NCBI RefSeq assembly: GCF_021869535.1
Contig: NW_026262712.1
Coordinates: 42,036,001-42,100,000 of the forward strand
From: Mytilus californianus
Lineage: Eukaryota
DNA: 64,000 nt
Direction: 5' to 3'
The notes beneath the pieces were generated by a model. That model was not told the DNA's origin. It saw only the letters and a program-made list of their open reading frames with translations, and did no database searches. The stretch's first letter is position 1; every line of letters begins with the position of its first letter. The translations under genes and the position numbers were made by a program. Below are positions 24,980 through 38,392 of this stretch, in pieces.

Positions 24980-26374
24980 GTAAACTTCAACAGGCAAAAA
25001 ATTGTTATGTAAATTAAAATGGAAATACATAAATCGAAGAACTGATTTTTAGATAAACTATAATCTGGTATGGCATGCAAGACTAGCAGGATGAAAATAT
25101 ATATGAAGAAATATAAACCTTGTGATCAATTATTTTAAAAAATCAAACTTCCTAAAATAGTATTAACTGAGATCAGACAGACACACCACACGCTTTCACT
25201 ATCCAGTAGTCACTGTATCATCATTGAAACATGAATAAATTCAAGAGATAAGAGACAATTTCGCAAAGAAACTCGTTTTTGCTAAAGCTAGGTTCACACT
25301 GCCGATCAGATCAACTCGATCAAGCTCGATCAAGACATATTAAGCGATCGGTAGACTGGTCTGACTCAATCGACAAGAATGTTCGGGGTGGTCTACCTTG
25401 CTCGTCATCGATCTGCCTTTCTACCCGAGAATTTTTGACATGTCAAAAACATTCGAGTAAGGATCGAGAAGCCAGTCACTCGAGAAGAGATCGGGAATTC
25501 GTCGAGTATCGGTCGAATTGATCGGGAAAGGATCGTGTAGAGATTGAGTTTGGTCGGAATACACATATTTCACCGATCAGTACTCGATCATCTCGACCTT
25601 CGCTCGACTAATATCCGATCATTTCCCGATCAACGCCAACCTGTTTTATCTGTGGTTCATACTAACTCGACCAATGCCCGAGCGCTTCCAGATCAATGCG
25701 ACTTCTATTGTTTTTAATCCCAGACCAACTCGACAAATATTCGATCTCAACATGACCATATTCGACCTCTCTTCGATCTCTACTCGGTCAAAAACGAGTA
25801 CACATGACTGCTACACGATTCTCTAAAATGGTGTGCAGATCTGATTAACTCTAATGCTTCAGCAAACATATATTCCCTGTTTATTTTGATTGTACAAAGG
25901 ATTGATTCCGCAAAAATTCCTCCATGTACAGTACTTGTCTGTTCTTCTGCAAGGAGGGTTAACATTAAAAAAAAGAGGCAAAAGATATCAAATTTAGAAG
26001 TCGAAAACAAACCGACACAGCCAAGGCGAAAAACGAAAACCGACAAGAAGACAAACAGCAGTCAACATAACACAACATAGAAAACTAAAAACGTAGCAAC
26101 ACGAAACTCTTAAAAAAACTAGAATGATCTCAGGCACTCAGCAAGGTTTGACCACGGAGGATTTTTCAAATATGAAAGCTAATGACTAATTTAGCCTTCA
26201 AAGTGGGTTTATAAGAACGACAAGATTATTTTATACCCGTTTTATGAGGTATTTTTTGTTTGACGGTCCGTATTTTCCTTAGGTCCAAAACAAATGAAGA
26301 TGTGGTATAATTGCCAATGAGACAACTCTCCAATTGAAACAGAAATTAACAACTATAGGTCACCGTACGGTCAA

Positions 26375-26515
26375 ATAGAATTGAGAATGGTAATGAGGAA
26401 TATTTCAAAGAGACAACAAACCGACAAAAGAGCAGAAAACAGCCGAAGGCCACACATGGGTCTTCAACACAGCGAGAACAATTCGTACCCGGAGCCGGGT
26501 TTCAGCTGGCCTCCA
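26375..26515 (+). repeat. Interspersed repeat (attgagaatgg...caaagagacaacaa.ccgac); inverted copy at ~28260-28340
   Basis: 28260-28340 is the reverse complement of this motif (gtcgggttgttgtctctttgacacattccccatttccattctcaattt). Confidence 0.75.
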
Positions 26516-27279
26516 AGGGAATGAAATTCTACTTTTGACCATATTTTGGAGAAATATGTGACATCTTAACCCAATTTTGCAATATGTTTTAGGAAATACA
26601 TGCAGGTTTTTGCCATGGATATACCAAAAAGAAAGTATCTTCAAATATTCAACTACTGAATATCAAATCTATGGAAAATACTGATTACATACATATATGA
26701 AAAAGAAGATATGTTATGATTGCCAATGAGACAACTCTCCAGGAGAGACCAAATGACACAGAAATTAACAACTATATAGGTCACCGTAACGGCTTCAACA
26801 ATGAACAAAGCCCATAATGCATAGTCAGCTATAAAAGGCAATGCAAACAGTAAGCTTAATTTGTAATAAAGCAAGGAAAAGGGGTGGTAAAATTTATGTA
26901 TATTGCTATCCATCATAAGTACCAATCCGGTGACAAATCTCGTTTGGTGGTGTTACTTTTAAGAAAAAAGTGGTAAAAACTACAACAACATATCAGCGTC
27001 CACTCTGAGGAAATTGGGATCATTGTTGAGCTTCTGCAAGTCTCTCATTCTGCCCATGCAATCGCCGTGTCTGCCACTACCTAACCTAGATATCTCGGCG
27101 CCCGCTGCTGTCTGCGCCTTCTTGTTCGTCTTCTATGTTAACTTCAAAGTCTGCCACAACCATGTACCTCGTCTCTGGAGCTCTAACCACCTTGCAAACA
27201 CATCAAATGGCTTTGTTTCTACGTAGATATCTTGAATGTATTATTTTACTGAGACCTCCTGTAAACTACTGAATTTAAC

Positions 27280-27546
27280 CAAATGAATGGAGAATGTGTC
27301 CATAGGACATAGATAATGCCCCAGCTTGCATATAACGTTATAAAGGGTCATTACTCAAGAACGGTAAAAGTGGCGCCACCCAAATTCGCACTTGATCTAT
27401 GTTTATGGTAATAAGCTTTGTGTATACGTTTAATAACATTTGGTTGATGCACAATACATTTAGAGAACGGAAACTATGTGTTGGGACGTACGTAAGAACG
27501 GACAAGGGTAACACTTAATGCCCTCTCCGCTACAGCGGGGCATAAC
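27280..27546 (+). mobile_element. Pearl/CvA-like (Helentron-associated) non-autonomous element fragment
   Basis: Ends in GC-rich hairpin atgccctctccgctacagcggggcataa (27518-27545), preceded by gacg/gtac-type short repeats, the layout known for bivalve pearl-like elements. Confidence 0.5.
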
Positions 27547-30500
27547 ACATTCAGACGTTTTCTTTTTCTGAAATTGTACATACCCACCCGACCATCCCGA
27601 CGACCCTTTTACGATCAGGTCGATCTGGTCTGGTCGAGATCGGACTGAGATCAAGTATAGTTGATTTTGGTCTAGCTAGTTGAGTAAAGATCATCCGTAG
27701 AGATCGTGAGATGGTCGGAATAATCTAATATGTATTCAATTGGTGGTCGGGTTGCAGTCGTGATGGAGTCATTTATTAGTCGTGAATGGTCGAGTTAAAG
27801 TCGTGTACAGTCGGATAGCGGTCGGGTAGAAGTCGTAAACAGGCCCGATCACGAATTTGATCACGCTAGATTGTGGAAATTTTGACAATCGGGATCATCA
27901 TCATCGGCAGTGTGAACCTAGCTTAACTGGTACATGTCCTACCGATATTTCGTCACATACTGTAACTTGTAAATTGTTTACAGAAACTTTAATAATATAT
28001 AGATACAAGAAGATGTGGTATGAGTGCCTATGGGACAACTCTCCATCCAAGTCACAATTTGTAAAAGTAAGCCATTATGGGTCAAAGTATGGCCTTCAAC
28101 ACGGAGCCTTGGCTCACACTTGTATTTGTTTTTTTTTTTGTTTCAACGAAACAAAATATATATAATGATATGCATATTTATATACATGTTTATTTTTGCC
28201 GTTTCCTGATGTATTTATTCAATTCTTATACAAAAAAGAACACTTCTATGAAGGTAGGTAGATGGCCTTCTGCTGTTGTCTGTTCTGTGGTCGGGTTGTT
28301 GTCTCTTTGACACATTCCCCATTTCCATTCTCAATTTTATGTTCGTACATTTGCTGTTAAAAGCTAGCTATCGTTCATATTACTTCTACAAAATCGATTA
28401 AGGTCATCCTTATCTGTTGAAAGATCTCTTACAGATAATAGCATAACAACTCCATCCTTAACTCTTAACAAACTCATAACAAATACACGAACAACTCAGA
28501 TATATTTTGGCTTTAGTTGAACCCCAAGATGTACATATTCCTAATTGCTTTGATTTGATTATATACATGTATATATTTAGAATGCGTTACTGTAATAACA
28601 TGTTTTTATCGTATATTTAGTGTATATATTACGTAATGTGAAAATGCATGCTATTTAAATAACTCAAACGATTTTCCAGTGGCTTTTTTGCTTTTTTAAC
28701 TTTAGTAGTTTGTTTATTTCATTTACACCTAAAGCTACATTGCAGGCAATTTTTAATGTCATAATATTAATAAACCAACCACAGTTTTGTTGCGTTTACT
28801 AATGAGTCTTTAAGATTTAAATCCGCTTAGAATTACTACTATGATTAGTATGACAGATCCTCAAATTCAGATTGAGACAATAAACAAAAAAATGCTACAA
28901 ACAAAATATATACATGTGTATGCAACAATATGATAACAAAATGTATAACACAATAATAATGAGTTTCATCTTGTATCAATACAAACAAAACAAAACAGCG
29001 ACGTAGAGAAATGGTTCAAAACAACAAACAGTAGAAATGAAGAAAAATTAAATAGAAACAAAAGTCACACATTTCGCTATGTTGATATATACAAAGTGAA
29101 ATTAGACGTCAACAAGAATTCTAATATCTTAGCATGTTTATAGAGATTCTTTTTACTGTTTTTTTTTTTAAATGAACCATATGGTTTGGTTTAATGTTAA
29201 GAGATGTAGTATTTATTAATTAATTTGTTTAAGGAGAGGAGAGGAGAAAAAAGTATACTTCTATTTGCCTTATGTAGTAGCAACAATAATATATAACACA
29301 CTAAACGAACTTCAATTTGACACATTGGACCAACAAATGTATCGATAAAAACAAAACTCAAACCTTTTATGTTCTAAATTGATATCTGCCAGACGGTCAC
29401 AATATTATTAATGCTAAGCGGACGACAACAAATGTCCTGCAAATCCATAATAAAGGGGATATAATGTGATTGAATTATTCTACTTAAGGTGTTGAAATTA
29501 TTTTAAATGGGTATGAATCTGCTGGTATTTTTCCCTAAAACCTATTTGTTTTGAAACATGTAGTCTAAATTGTACTTTAAGTTATACACAAAAGGAGGAA
29601 TGAAAATTATTACCATTTACAAATGCATAAAATATTTAACGTGAACATAGAAAATGCGCTGTTTATTCACTTCGAAAAGATAAAAAGTCCATTTTCGTAA
29701 GAAGTACTGAATAATTCATTTTGTAATTAGAATTATGTAGACATAATAATTAAAATAAATTTAAAACAACGCATACATTTAAGGTTCCATTCCCTTCGGA
29801 CAAAGTTAACCCACATCTAAAATTTATTTTGCAATTGTGTTGCGTCCCATTCCGTGTTATGATTCGAAAACGTCTTTGGGTCTTACATATCCTTGTCTTT
29901 ACATGTTTGAGTGTCATGTTCCTGATGTTAATCAATTCATAAACACGTTTCATTCTTTGATAACTTGTAAATAACATGTATACAATATCAATTCTAATTA
30001 CCTAAAAAGTACAGATATTCTGTTCAAAAAAACAAAACAAAAATATATAATATATTAATGACTGAGACATAGAGAGAAAGACACAGTTTTGTTTACGGTT
30101 ATCAAAGTATTTAATCAATTCCCCAAAAGGATCATACATGTATGATTTCTAAATTCAGACTTGAAAAAAATTGTGAAATAATATAATTCTTCACACCAAC
30201 AACTACAAATGGAAGCATAACATTGTATTGCCTATTTACATTACAATGAACTACCAACATACGGTGGTTTCTATACATAATAAACTAATTCTGGACAAGA
30301 AATTAATTGTTCCATCAAAACAAAAGTTGAATATACTAATAAGTGCAGCTAGGGGTATGGAGGGATCAAAACAACAGAACATATACTCTGAACTTATTCT
30401 AAACATATCAAATTATTGAACGATGTTGACTGTTTTTGTAAGTCAGTAGTTTAACGAAATTCGACAAAATACCATCAGCAACATCATATATATATTTATA

Positions 30501-30983
30501 CTGCACTCGTTCTATTTGAGCAGTCAAAATGCATTGACTGTATATTTCTATGTCATATACAGTCACTGACCCGATATCACTTTTCCTCATGAATATTTAA
30601 ATAGAAGTTGTCGAAACTATATTTAATTATTCATACGATCTCTTCAACCTGTTCTTGTTTTCAATGTATACAACGACTCGAACGTATTTTTTTTACAATT
30701 TTTAGAAAAAATATATTTCACTTGTTAATATTTTTTTTGTTTGAAACCAATAATAAATCATTATGTTTTATGTTTATTGCTGATATTTTAGTACATACTC
30801 AAACGAATTTGTTCACAATCGATTGCAGGTTTCAACAGGTAATGTACATTTCATTGTGTTGTATATTTCACCGCCTGATATGAGGCCTTTTTAAAGTGGG
30901 AATGTTCCAATATTTAATTTAAATCAATAACATTAACAAATTAAATAGCAATTGAAAATGTTTTTTTCTAGATTGCAGTATAG

Positions 30984-31131
30984 AGACAATAATAGTGCAT
31001 TGACTTGACATATCAACGATATAAGGATTCTGCCCTAAACGGGGAAAAAGCTCGGCAAATCTCGCATTTCCCCGTTTCTAAGACTCATCCTTATATCGTT
31101 GATATGTCAAGTCAATGCACTATTATTGTCT
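30984..31131. mobile_element. 148-bp foldback/MITE with 45-bp perfect arms
   Basis: agacaataatagtgcattgacttgacatatcaacgatataaggat (30984-31028) and its exact reverse complement (31087-31131); inner IR aaacggggaaa/tttccccgttt. Confidence 0.85.
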
Positions 31132-31388
31132 ATAAATAAATATTAACACAAGACCAAATTCTTAATTCGGAAAATTTAAAAAATGTTATAGAAAAATAAG
31201 GGAATTTGAAGGGAGAAGAACTGTGGTGTATCTTTTGTACACTTCTAGTATTAGTCAAGATAAAACTTGAAGTAATATAGATAACATAGATATAAATATT
31301 ATGTTCCCGTGCAAAGTATAAGAAACTAAAATATGATAGAGACATTCATAATCGATTGAATTCAAATGATATTTTTAATGTACAATAG

Positions 31389-31463
31389 ATATAGAATATG
31401 GTGATGATAGTAGCATATACGATGACGTTGCTGGATTAAACGAGGACAGAATTACAACAGAAG
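31389..31463 (+). CDS. Exon H, acidic cytoplasmic segment with Tyr motif (DIEYGDDSSIYDDVAGLNEDRITTE)
   Basis: tacaatag acceptor, GAAG|GTAAAC donor, 75 bp, phase 1-1, open. Confidence 0.6.
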
Positions 31464-31972
31464 GTAAACTTTCATCGTAGCCTATCTTTTGCATTGAGAA
31501 ATCAGATATTACATGACTAGTTTTTTGTAGATTTTTTTCACAAGGGAGGAGCTTTCTAGTAGAAATCACTTGACATTATGTTATGTAGCAACTTTGAATA
31601 ACACCTAATAATAACAAAGTGTTACTTGTACCGATGTCTGGATTGTTCATTACTATTTGGTTATATATGGTGTACCTATTACTAGCTAACATAAGTGTGT
31701 CAATCAAATGGTATGGTAGTTTAAACTTTATTTGATATAAGCATTATAAAATTTAAGAAAAAGTTGACCTTACTCCGATTTGGGTGTTACCTTTATGTCC
31801 CTTTGGTCGTATTAAAATAAACCAAAAAAAGACTGTAGAATGGTTTGTATGTGACAAAATTTATCTTTAGACAACTCATTGAATGATTTTGAAATTCCAA
31901 ATAGTCAGTTACAATTAATGTTTTTGATTTTAAAGTCTTATAACCATTGATAGTTTTCGCAATTTTTTGCAG

Positions 31973-32010
31973 GAATCAAACGACATTTTTTTTCTGGCAA
32001 ACTTTTGTAA
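31973..32010 (+). CDS. Candidate terminal exon I (GIKRHFFSGKLL*)
   Basis: aattttttgcag acceptor, phase 1 start, TAA at 32008-32010. Confidence 0.45.
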
Positions 32011-35000
32011 ATAATTTGTTTTTCTCAGCTGGCCAGAATTTTCCCCTTATCAATAATTTTAAACCATTTAGTTACATACAAGCTATTATCATCATGATAT
32101 TTCAGATTTTCTTTTATTCCTACTACACATTTTAACAGTCATGGGTATTCCTTATTAGAACATGTGGAAACGGCACACATTAATGTTTGCCTACTAGTAT
32201 TGTTGTCCGTTTTTTAGGGTACCATAAAACTGTTCATATTATATAACCTAAACATAAAATGCAATGGCAAATTTCAACAAGACTTTAACAGACGATGCAT
32301 GGACTTTGCTTTTTCAATGGTGTAAAGAAAACGAGAGAAGAGTTTTGGGGTTACCACGGTCTAACTCTTTAAATATAATGGAAAGCTGCAAATGTTTATA
32401 AATAGGTATTTTTGAATAATACTTTACCGTTTGAAAACATATAAACTGTTTAAAACAGATAATGTTAAATAACAAAGACACTGAACTTCACACGTGTGAA
32501 TGTATATAATATTTCGTACTATTGATATTAAGCGGGAATATTGAGACACATAGGTCACATCTACCTACAAAGCCGTCATATCATATTGTAAATATTATAT
32601 TTTGGTATTTTATCAGATTTCTTCTGCAAATGTTAAAAATGAATATGTTATCATATATATGAATATTGATTTTCTGTAAAATGTGAATACTAATAATAGA
32701 GTATCTTTTTTTAAGAATATATAGTCACGTTTCTTAAACGAATGGTTGAAGTTCATAAATAAATTGCATATTGACCTATACATGCTATACGAATGCTGTT
32801 TTTATCAATTATAATTTTATTAGTAAATTTTATGTCCACTAGTCTTGTCGAGTTATCGGCTGTCATAATGTTAGTATTATTTTATTTTATATCTTTGGAA
32901 TAGTTGTTATTTTTCATCATTCATTGCAAAGTATAGTTAACAAACTTATCATTTATATTGCGGGGATAAAATGGAGAAAACATCACAAAAATGTGTAAAT
33001 AGAAGTAAATAAAGATCCTTTTTTGATCGAATATTATTAAATATGACGGATATATTATTACAAGATAACACACACAAACGTGACTTGTAACTTCTACTAA
33101 TTTAAATTCGTTAAAGCTTGTAAATAACGCAAAATAAAATTTATTAATTGGAACTCTGTAGAGGATCTTTTTATCTTTACCTTGCCTCTACATATAAATA
33201 TGCTCAGTAGATGGATAAATAAACTGAATGATAATAGAAGAATCAGCAAAATGGAAAAAAAAGAATTTAATGGGGTGCTTCATGAAATACGCATGTGTCT
33301 CTTGTTGGCAACAATGAAGGTTGAGTAAGGAAATCAATTCGGAATTCAAACAAAAATAAGTTAAGTATTATTTCAAAGCGTATTACTTGACTACTTTTTA
33401 TATAACGGTTTAATATCATTATGATAGTCGAAAAAAACTGACAACGCAAGGATAAAAAAGAAAAAGACAAACAGACAAACAATAGTACACAAAACCCAAC
33501 ATAGAAAAACTTAAGACTGAGCAACACGAACCCCACGCATTTTATATGGGTGTACACAATTGTAGCAGGCCTAAAAATAAATCACCCATACTGAACGTTT
33601 TGTTTTTGCAACGAAACTAGTTTAAATTTACTTATTTTCACACATATGTCACTTGAATAAGCAGCTGTTTGCAAACAAACGACGTCCTATAAATTGAATA
33701 CCCGCAAAAATACAGCCGTTTTGAAACTTAATGCGAAAGAAAATTAGTTCACTTTTGATCATCAATAAACTGAAATTAATGACTGTAATTCTTATAATGT
33801 TATATTTATAGCATTGGAATAGTGGATGAGTTAATGTGCGTTTACACAAAAGAAAGAAATGTATCTCAGCATTACAAAACAGTGGGTTCTATGTAGTCGT
33901 TAAACAATGTTGTATAAGTTTTCATATGTGAATTTGCACTCTTGTTGTTCTTTATTCATCATGTTGTATTTCATTGTATTTCATTGTATTTCAACAGATT
34001 TAACATAATATCATGTAAACTTAATTCGACCGAGTTAGTAATACTGTATCAAGCATTTGATAGCTATCTTTCCGTATGCATATGTTGTAAATATTGTAAA
34101 TTGTTCCCTTGCGTAATAATAAGCGTGATGTGAAACGCATTTCACTTCGATACATTTTGTTCCACAATTTGTTCATCAATCTTTAAATTGAATGTATAGT
34201 TAGTTCTTTATAAAAAAAAATCTCATTTTTTTTATATAAAATCGAAAGGAGCTAACTAGTTAAAGGTTGAACCCTTCTTAAAATTTCTAGTGATATTGTC
34301 AACACTTTGTGTGCATACATGTATTGGCAAATTAACTTAGTTAAATGACGGCATTTTTTTTTTCATCTCTATGTGTTTAATTGAATTATATGTGTCATCA
34401 TTTAACGTACAGTGTAGTCAATCACTTGCCTCTTGACAACAATCTAATCAAAAGCTGCAAAGGAGATATTTTTGTTGTCAAAAATTCGTAAAGTATGAAC
34501 AAAATAATTGTGATAAGAATATCATGTTATAAGAGAACATACATTATTGTATGGAGATAAAGATTATAGCATACCGTCGTGTGAATCTTATAGTGTTATA
34601 TGTCCACCTTTGATAAAAATAGATATATCTATATTGTTTAAGTCCAAGTACAATGGTCTCTCTCCCTATGCAGCTATATAACAAGATTACTCCACATTCT
34701 CATTGGCTTATTCATCTAGTTAGTTCAGAAAAAATACTTAAGATATTGCACTTCTAAACATTAATTTGAAGGTTAACAACTATTTAAAATGGGAATTACA
34801 TCAATATTTGATTCAGACGACAATACAGGCAATGTTTTAAATTCCTTTCATAAAGAACTCAACGTTGATTGCTTTTCGCAGGTGATTGAATTTCAACCTT
34901 GAATAAAGTTCAATAAAAAAGGAAAATGTTGAACCATGAAGATGTTAATGAGAACCAATTATTATATTTTGTTTTTATCTTCTATTACAATGTTATTACA

Positions 35001-35499
35001 CGTAGTCCCTATTCTGATGAATGAAGTAACTTTTCGATGTCGTAACACGTTAATAAATGTCATTTTATATAATGAATTATCAACCTTTGGTGATTACTGG
35101 GATGTAACTGCTGTCTCATGGCAGTCAGTGATAAACTTACCTTTCTTTACATTTGAATTTCCGTTGTTGAATCTTTCCATTAAGTATTTTTCAAACTATT
35201 GTATGATTATGTTAATAAAAAGGATTTCAAAAGTTTATTACTTTTTTGTTACTCTTACAAAGTGATGAAACGTTATATATTCTTTATTTTGCAATTACTA
35301 CAGTCAAACATATCATGCTTAATTTTACTCCGTGTATGTGCCCTTAAATGGTTTTAAAGTCAAATCAAACCATATATGACCCAAAACAATCGTCGAACAG
35401 ATACACAACGGTCTAAAATGCTAAAATACACAACAAAATATTTTTAACAATGAACGACATAGATATATCATATTTCCTCTGTAGTACCGATCTTAAAAA

Positions 35500-38392
35500 C
35501 TGAGTCAAGACATATATATTCTTTTTAATCTACCTTCCGTATATATGATATTGTAAATGCATTTCCATTGAAATTCTTTTATCTTATTGGTGGTATTACA
35601 TTTTTCCACATTGTCCCATACTAATTTCCAATTTAATTCTTTTATCTTATTGGTGATTTTACATTTTTCCACATTGTCCCATACTATTTTCCAATTAAAT
35701 TCGTGCCCTAAAATGTCTTGCCATTTATTTTGACATTTTGGAAATATATTCTTATTAATCATGTTCGATTATATTTAAGTTTTAATTAATTCGGTTTGAT
35801 TTTTTTTGTCATTTCTATCTTATATGAACATTTCATCGGAAAGTTTCAATTCTATGTTTGTTTTTTCATTAATGTTACTACAAGTTTCTTAAATTTGTAT
35901 AAAGTCGATTGATATTGAACTTTTAACTCTTGAAAATTCCGATATACATTTGTACAGTTTCTTTTATCCACAAGTTTTTCAAATATAGAACTACAACTGT
36001 AAAATTTGTTGGTTTCATCATTCCATATGTCTTTGATATACTTCATGTTACTTTTAAGAAAGGAAGAAAAAAAACAATGTCTAATTTTGGAATGAAAGTT
36101 TTGAATTTTCAAATAGTCTTATATTAAGTACCTCGGTCTTTTTTTTTTGTGGTTATCTCCAGTCTTTAGAAAAATTAGACCATGTATAGATCATTTTCTG
36201 ATAAAACGAAGGAATATTTTTAAGATTTAGTCCGTTAACGTTTGAACACCTACATACAAAAATATTGATCTTATACTTGTCATCAAATTGTCGAAGCCAA
36301 TACTTGCCAATCGCATTCCAGCTTTCTAGCGGTTCATGAAGAATGCGATAAAGAGACTTTATTTGTTTACTTCTAATGAATAAATCGATACTAATCATTC
36401 CCATTCCAACCTTTGTTATATCAAGACAACAAACCTGTCTTTCTATTTGGTTAACCTTTCAACCCAATATAAAATTCCAAATAATATTGTTTATTTCTTT
36501 TGAATATTTTTCAAGAATTCCCCGCATTTCAATTTCATAACTGCACATGGACAATATGAATATTTTTACTATTAAAGTTTTACCACTTAATGAAAGTTTC
36601 CTGCTTTTCCACACGTGGACACAGTTTTTAATCTTTTCTATAATGCTTTGCCATATAGCATCATTATCAATTTCATATCCGTGATATACTCCCAGGGTTT
36701 TTACATTAACTGTAATCCATTTAATTTTATTAAATTTTAGTTGTTTTTCTTTTAAGATCCCACAAGTAAACCTTTTGTTTTATCAAAATTAATTTAAGAT
36801 CCCGCAGCTTTCTCATATAGCGTTAGGACATCAAAATATTGTTCTACTGATTTCTCATTTTTATCAAAAAGCAAAGTGTCATCAGCAAACATGCATAATT
36901 TAGTTTCTATACTTTTACCCCCCTCACCAGGTATCTGAATCCCTTCAATTTCCTTTTTACCTCGTATAACACGTGCCATTGGTTCTGCATGCAACATGTA
37001 TTTAAGGGGATCTATTGGACAGCCCTGTCTGGCCAAGCGAGTTATCAAAAAATATTTTGAAACATGTCCATTCTTTTTTATGCAAGTTATAGCATTATAA
37101 AGTAACATTTTGATCAATTGTCTAAATTGTTTTCCAAAATTAAACTTTTCTAATACAAAATCCAACCAATCCCATTCAACTCTATCAAAGGCTTTTTGTT
37201 GGTCATGAAATACTATTATTCCATCTTCGTCTTCGTTGTCTATATAGTCTATTATATCTTGAATTAATCTGTTAGCATCACTAATGTTTCTTCCTTTAAC
37301 AAATCCTTTTTGATCTGGATGTATTATTTTTGGTAAGACTTTTTCAATCTCATTGCAAGGAGTTTTGCTATGATTTTATAATCGATGTTAAGTAATGTAA
37401 GAAGTCAAGTTTTTAATATTTTCTCTTTCACCACCCTTATATAATTACGTTAGAACCCCTTTATGTTGTGATTTACTTATAGCATTTTTATCAAATATTT
37501 CTTGAAGGAGTGTAAACAAATCATATTTTATTATATCCAATACAAAATGTAAAATTCAAATATAATGCCATCCTTACCTGGCGATTTGTTAGTCTTTAGA
37601 ACTTTGAGCACTTTTTTCTAATACTTCCATATCGTCGGAACTTACCTTATTTTCAATAGATTGGCAAAGTTTTTCACCGCACTGTTTGTCCCACCATTCA
37701 GAAGTAAAAAGTGTGGAGTACAATTGTACTTGTTCTTTCAATATCGAATCAATATCATATTCATACTCACCCGGTTTTGTTTTTATACGATTCCACAATT
37801 TGTTTTGACCATTTTTCTTTTCTTAATTAAACAAAAATATCGTAGATTTTTCACCTTACTCTGCCCATTCAATTTTTGCTCTAATGTTCGTAGATTCTTT
37901 CAAATTTGTATAAATATCCTTAATTTCAGATATTCAAGAATTGATAATATTATGTTTTTTTCTTTACCAATTTAGATGCTTCAAGTCGTTTTTCTAGTTG
38001 TTTAATATGATTTTTAAAAAGTCTTTCTATCAGAACCGTTATGTGATGTATATACATTAACAATATGATATGCAACATTATCTTTTTTTAAGTCACACAT
38101 TTGACATCTTCGATTTTCATCGTGATTCATAAAAGTTACATTTTCGGAGAATTTTTTTTGTAAAAGGAACCACACTCCCCTTGAATTAGATGTTCCACAA
38201 TTCCAAACGGATTCACCTCCCCAAAATTTTTTCCGCTTATTACCCAAGTTATCAATATCAGATTTCGTGCAGTGTGTTTCTTGTAGACAAATGATATCAA
38301 ACTTTTTTTAAACCAACAATTAAAAATCAAATTTCTTTTTTTTTATTGTTTCGTAAACCATTTACATTTATTGAAGCAAAGTACAAAGTCAT
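35500..38392 (-). mobile_element. Decayed L1/Tx1-clade LINE ORF2 (AP endonuclease + RT + C-terminal region)
   Basis: MTLYFASINVNGLRN start (ATG 38392-38390), DIICLQETH, GTSNSRGV, PDQKGFVKGRNI, DQQKAFDRVEW, RQGCPIDP, FADDTLLF, IKEFQWKCIYNII; many stops and frameshifts. Confidence 0.92.

Larger units (their letters stand above)
25286..27923. mobile_element. Non-autonomous PIF/Harbinger-type DNA transposon (2.64 kb) with nested repeats, intronic
   Basis: Perfect 21-bp TIRs AGCTAGGTTCACACTGCCGAT (25286-25306) / ATCGGCAGTGTGAACCTAGCT (27903-27923); TAA on both sides; GATC/TCGA-rich subterminal regions; internal palindrome tttttgacatgtcaaaaa (25432-25449); no transposase ORF. Confidence 0.9.

Noticed and set aside
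35140-35194. Candidate minus-strand exon with a strong AAG|GTAAGT donor
   Set aside because: Single small exon with no supporting partners or motif
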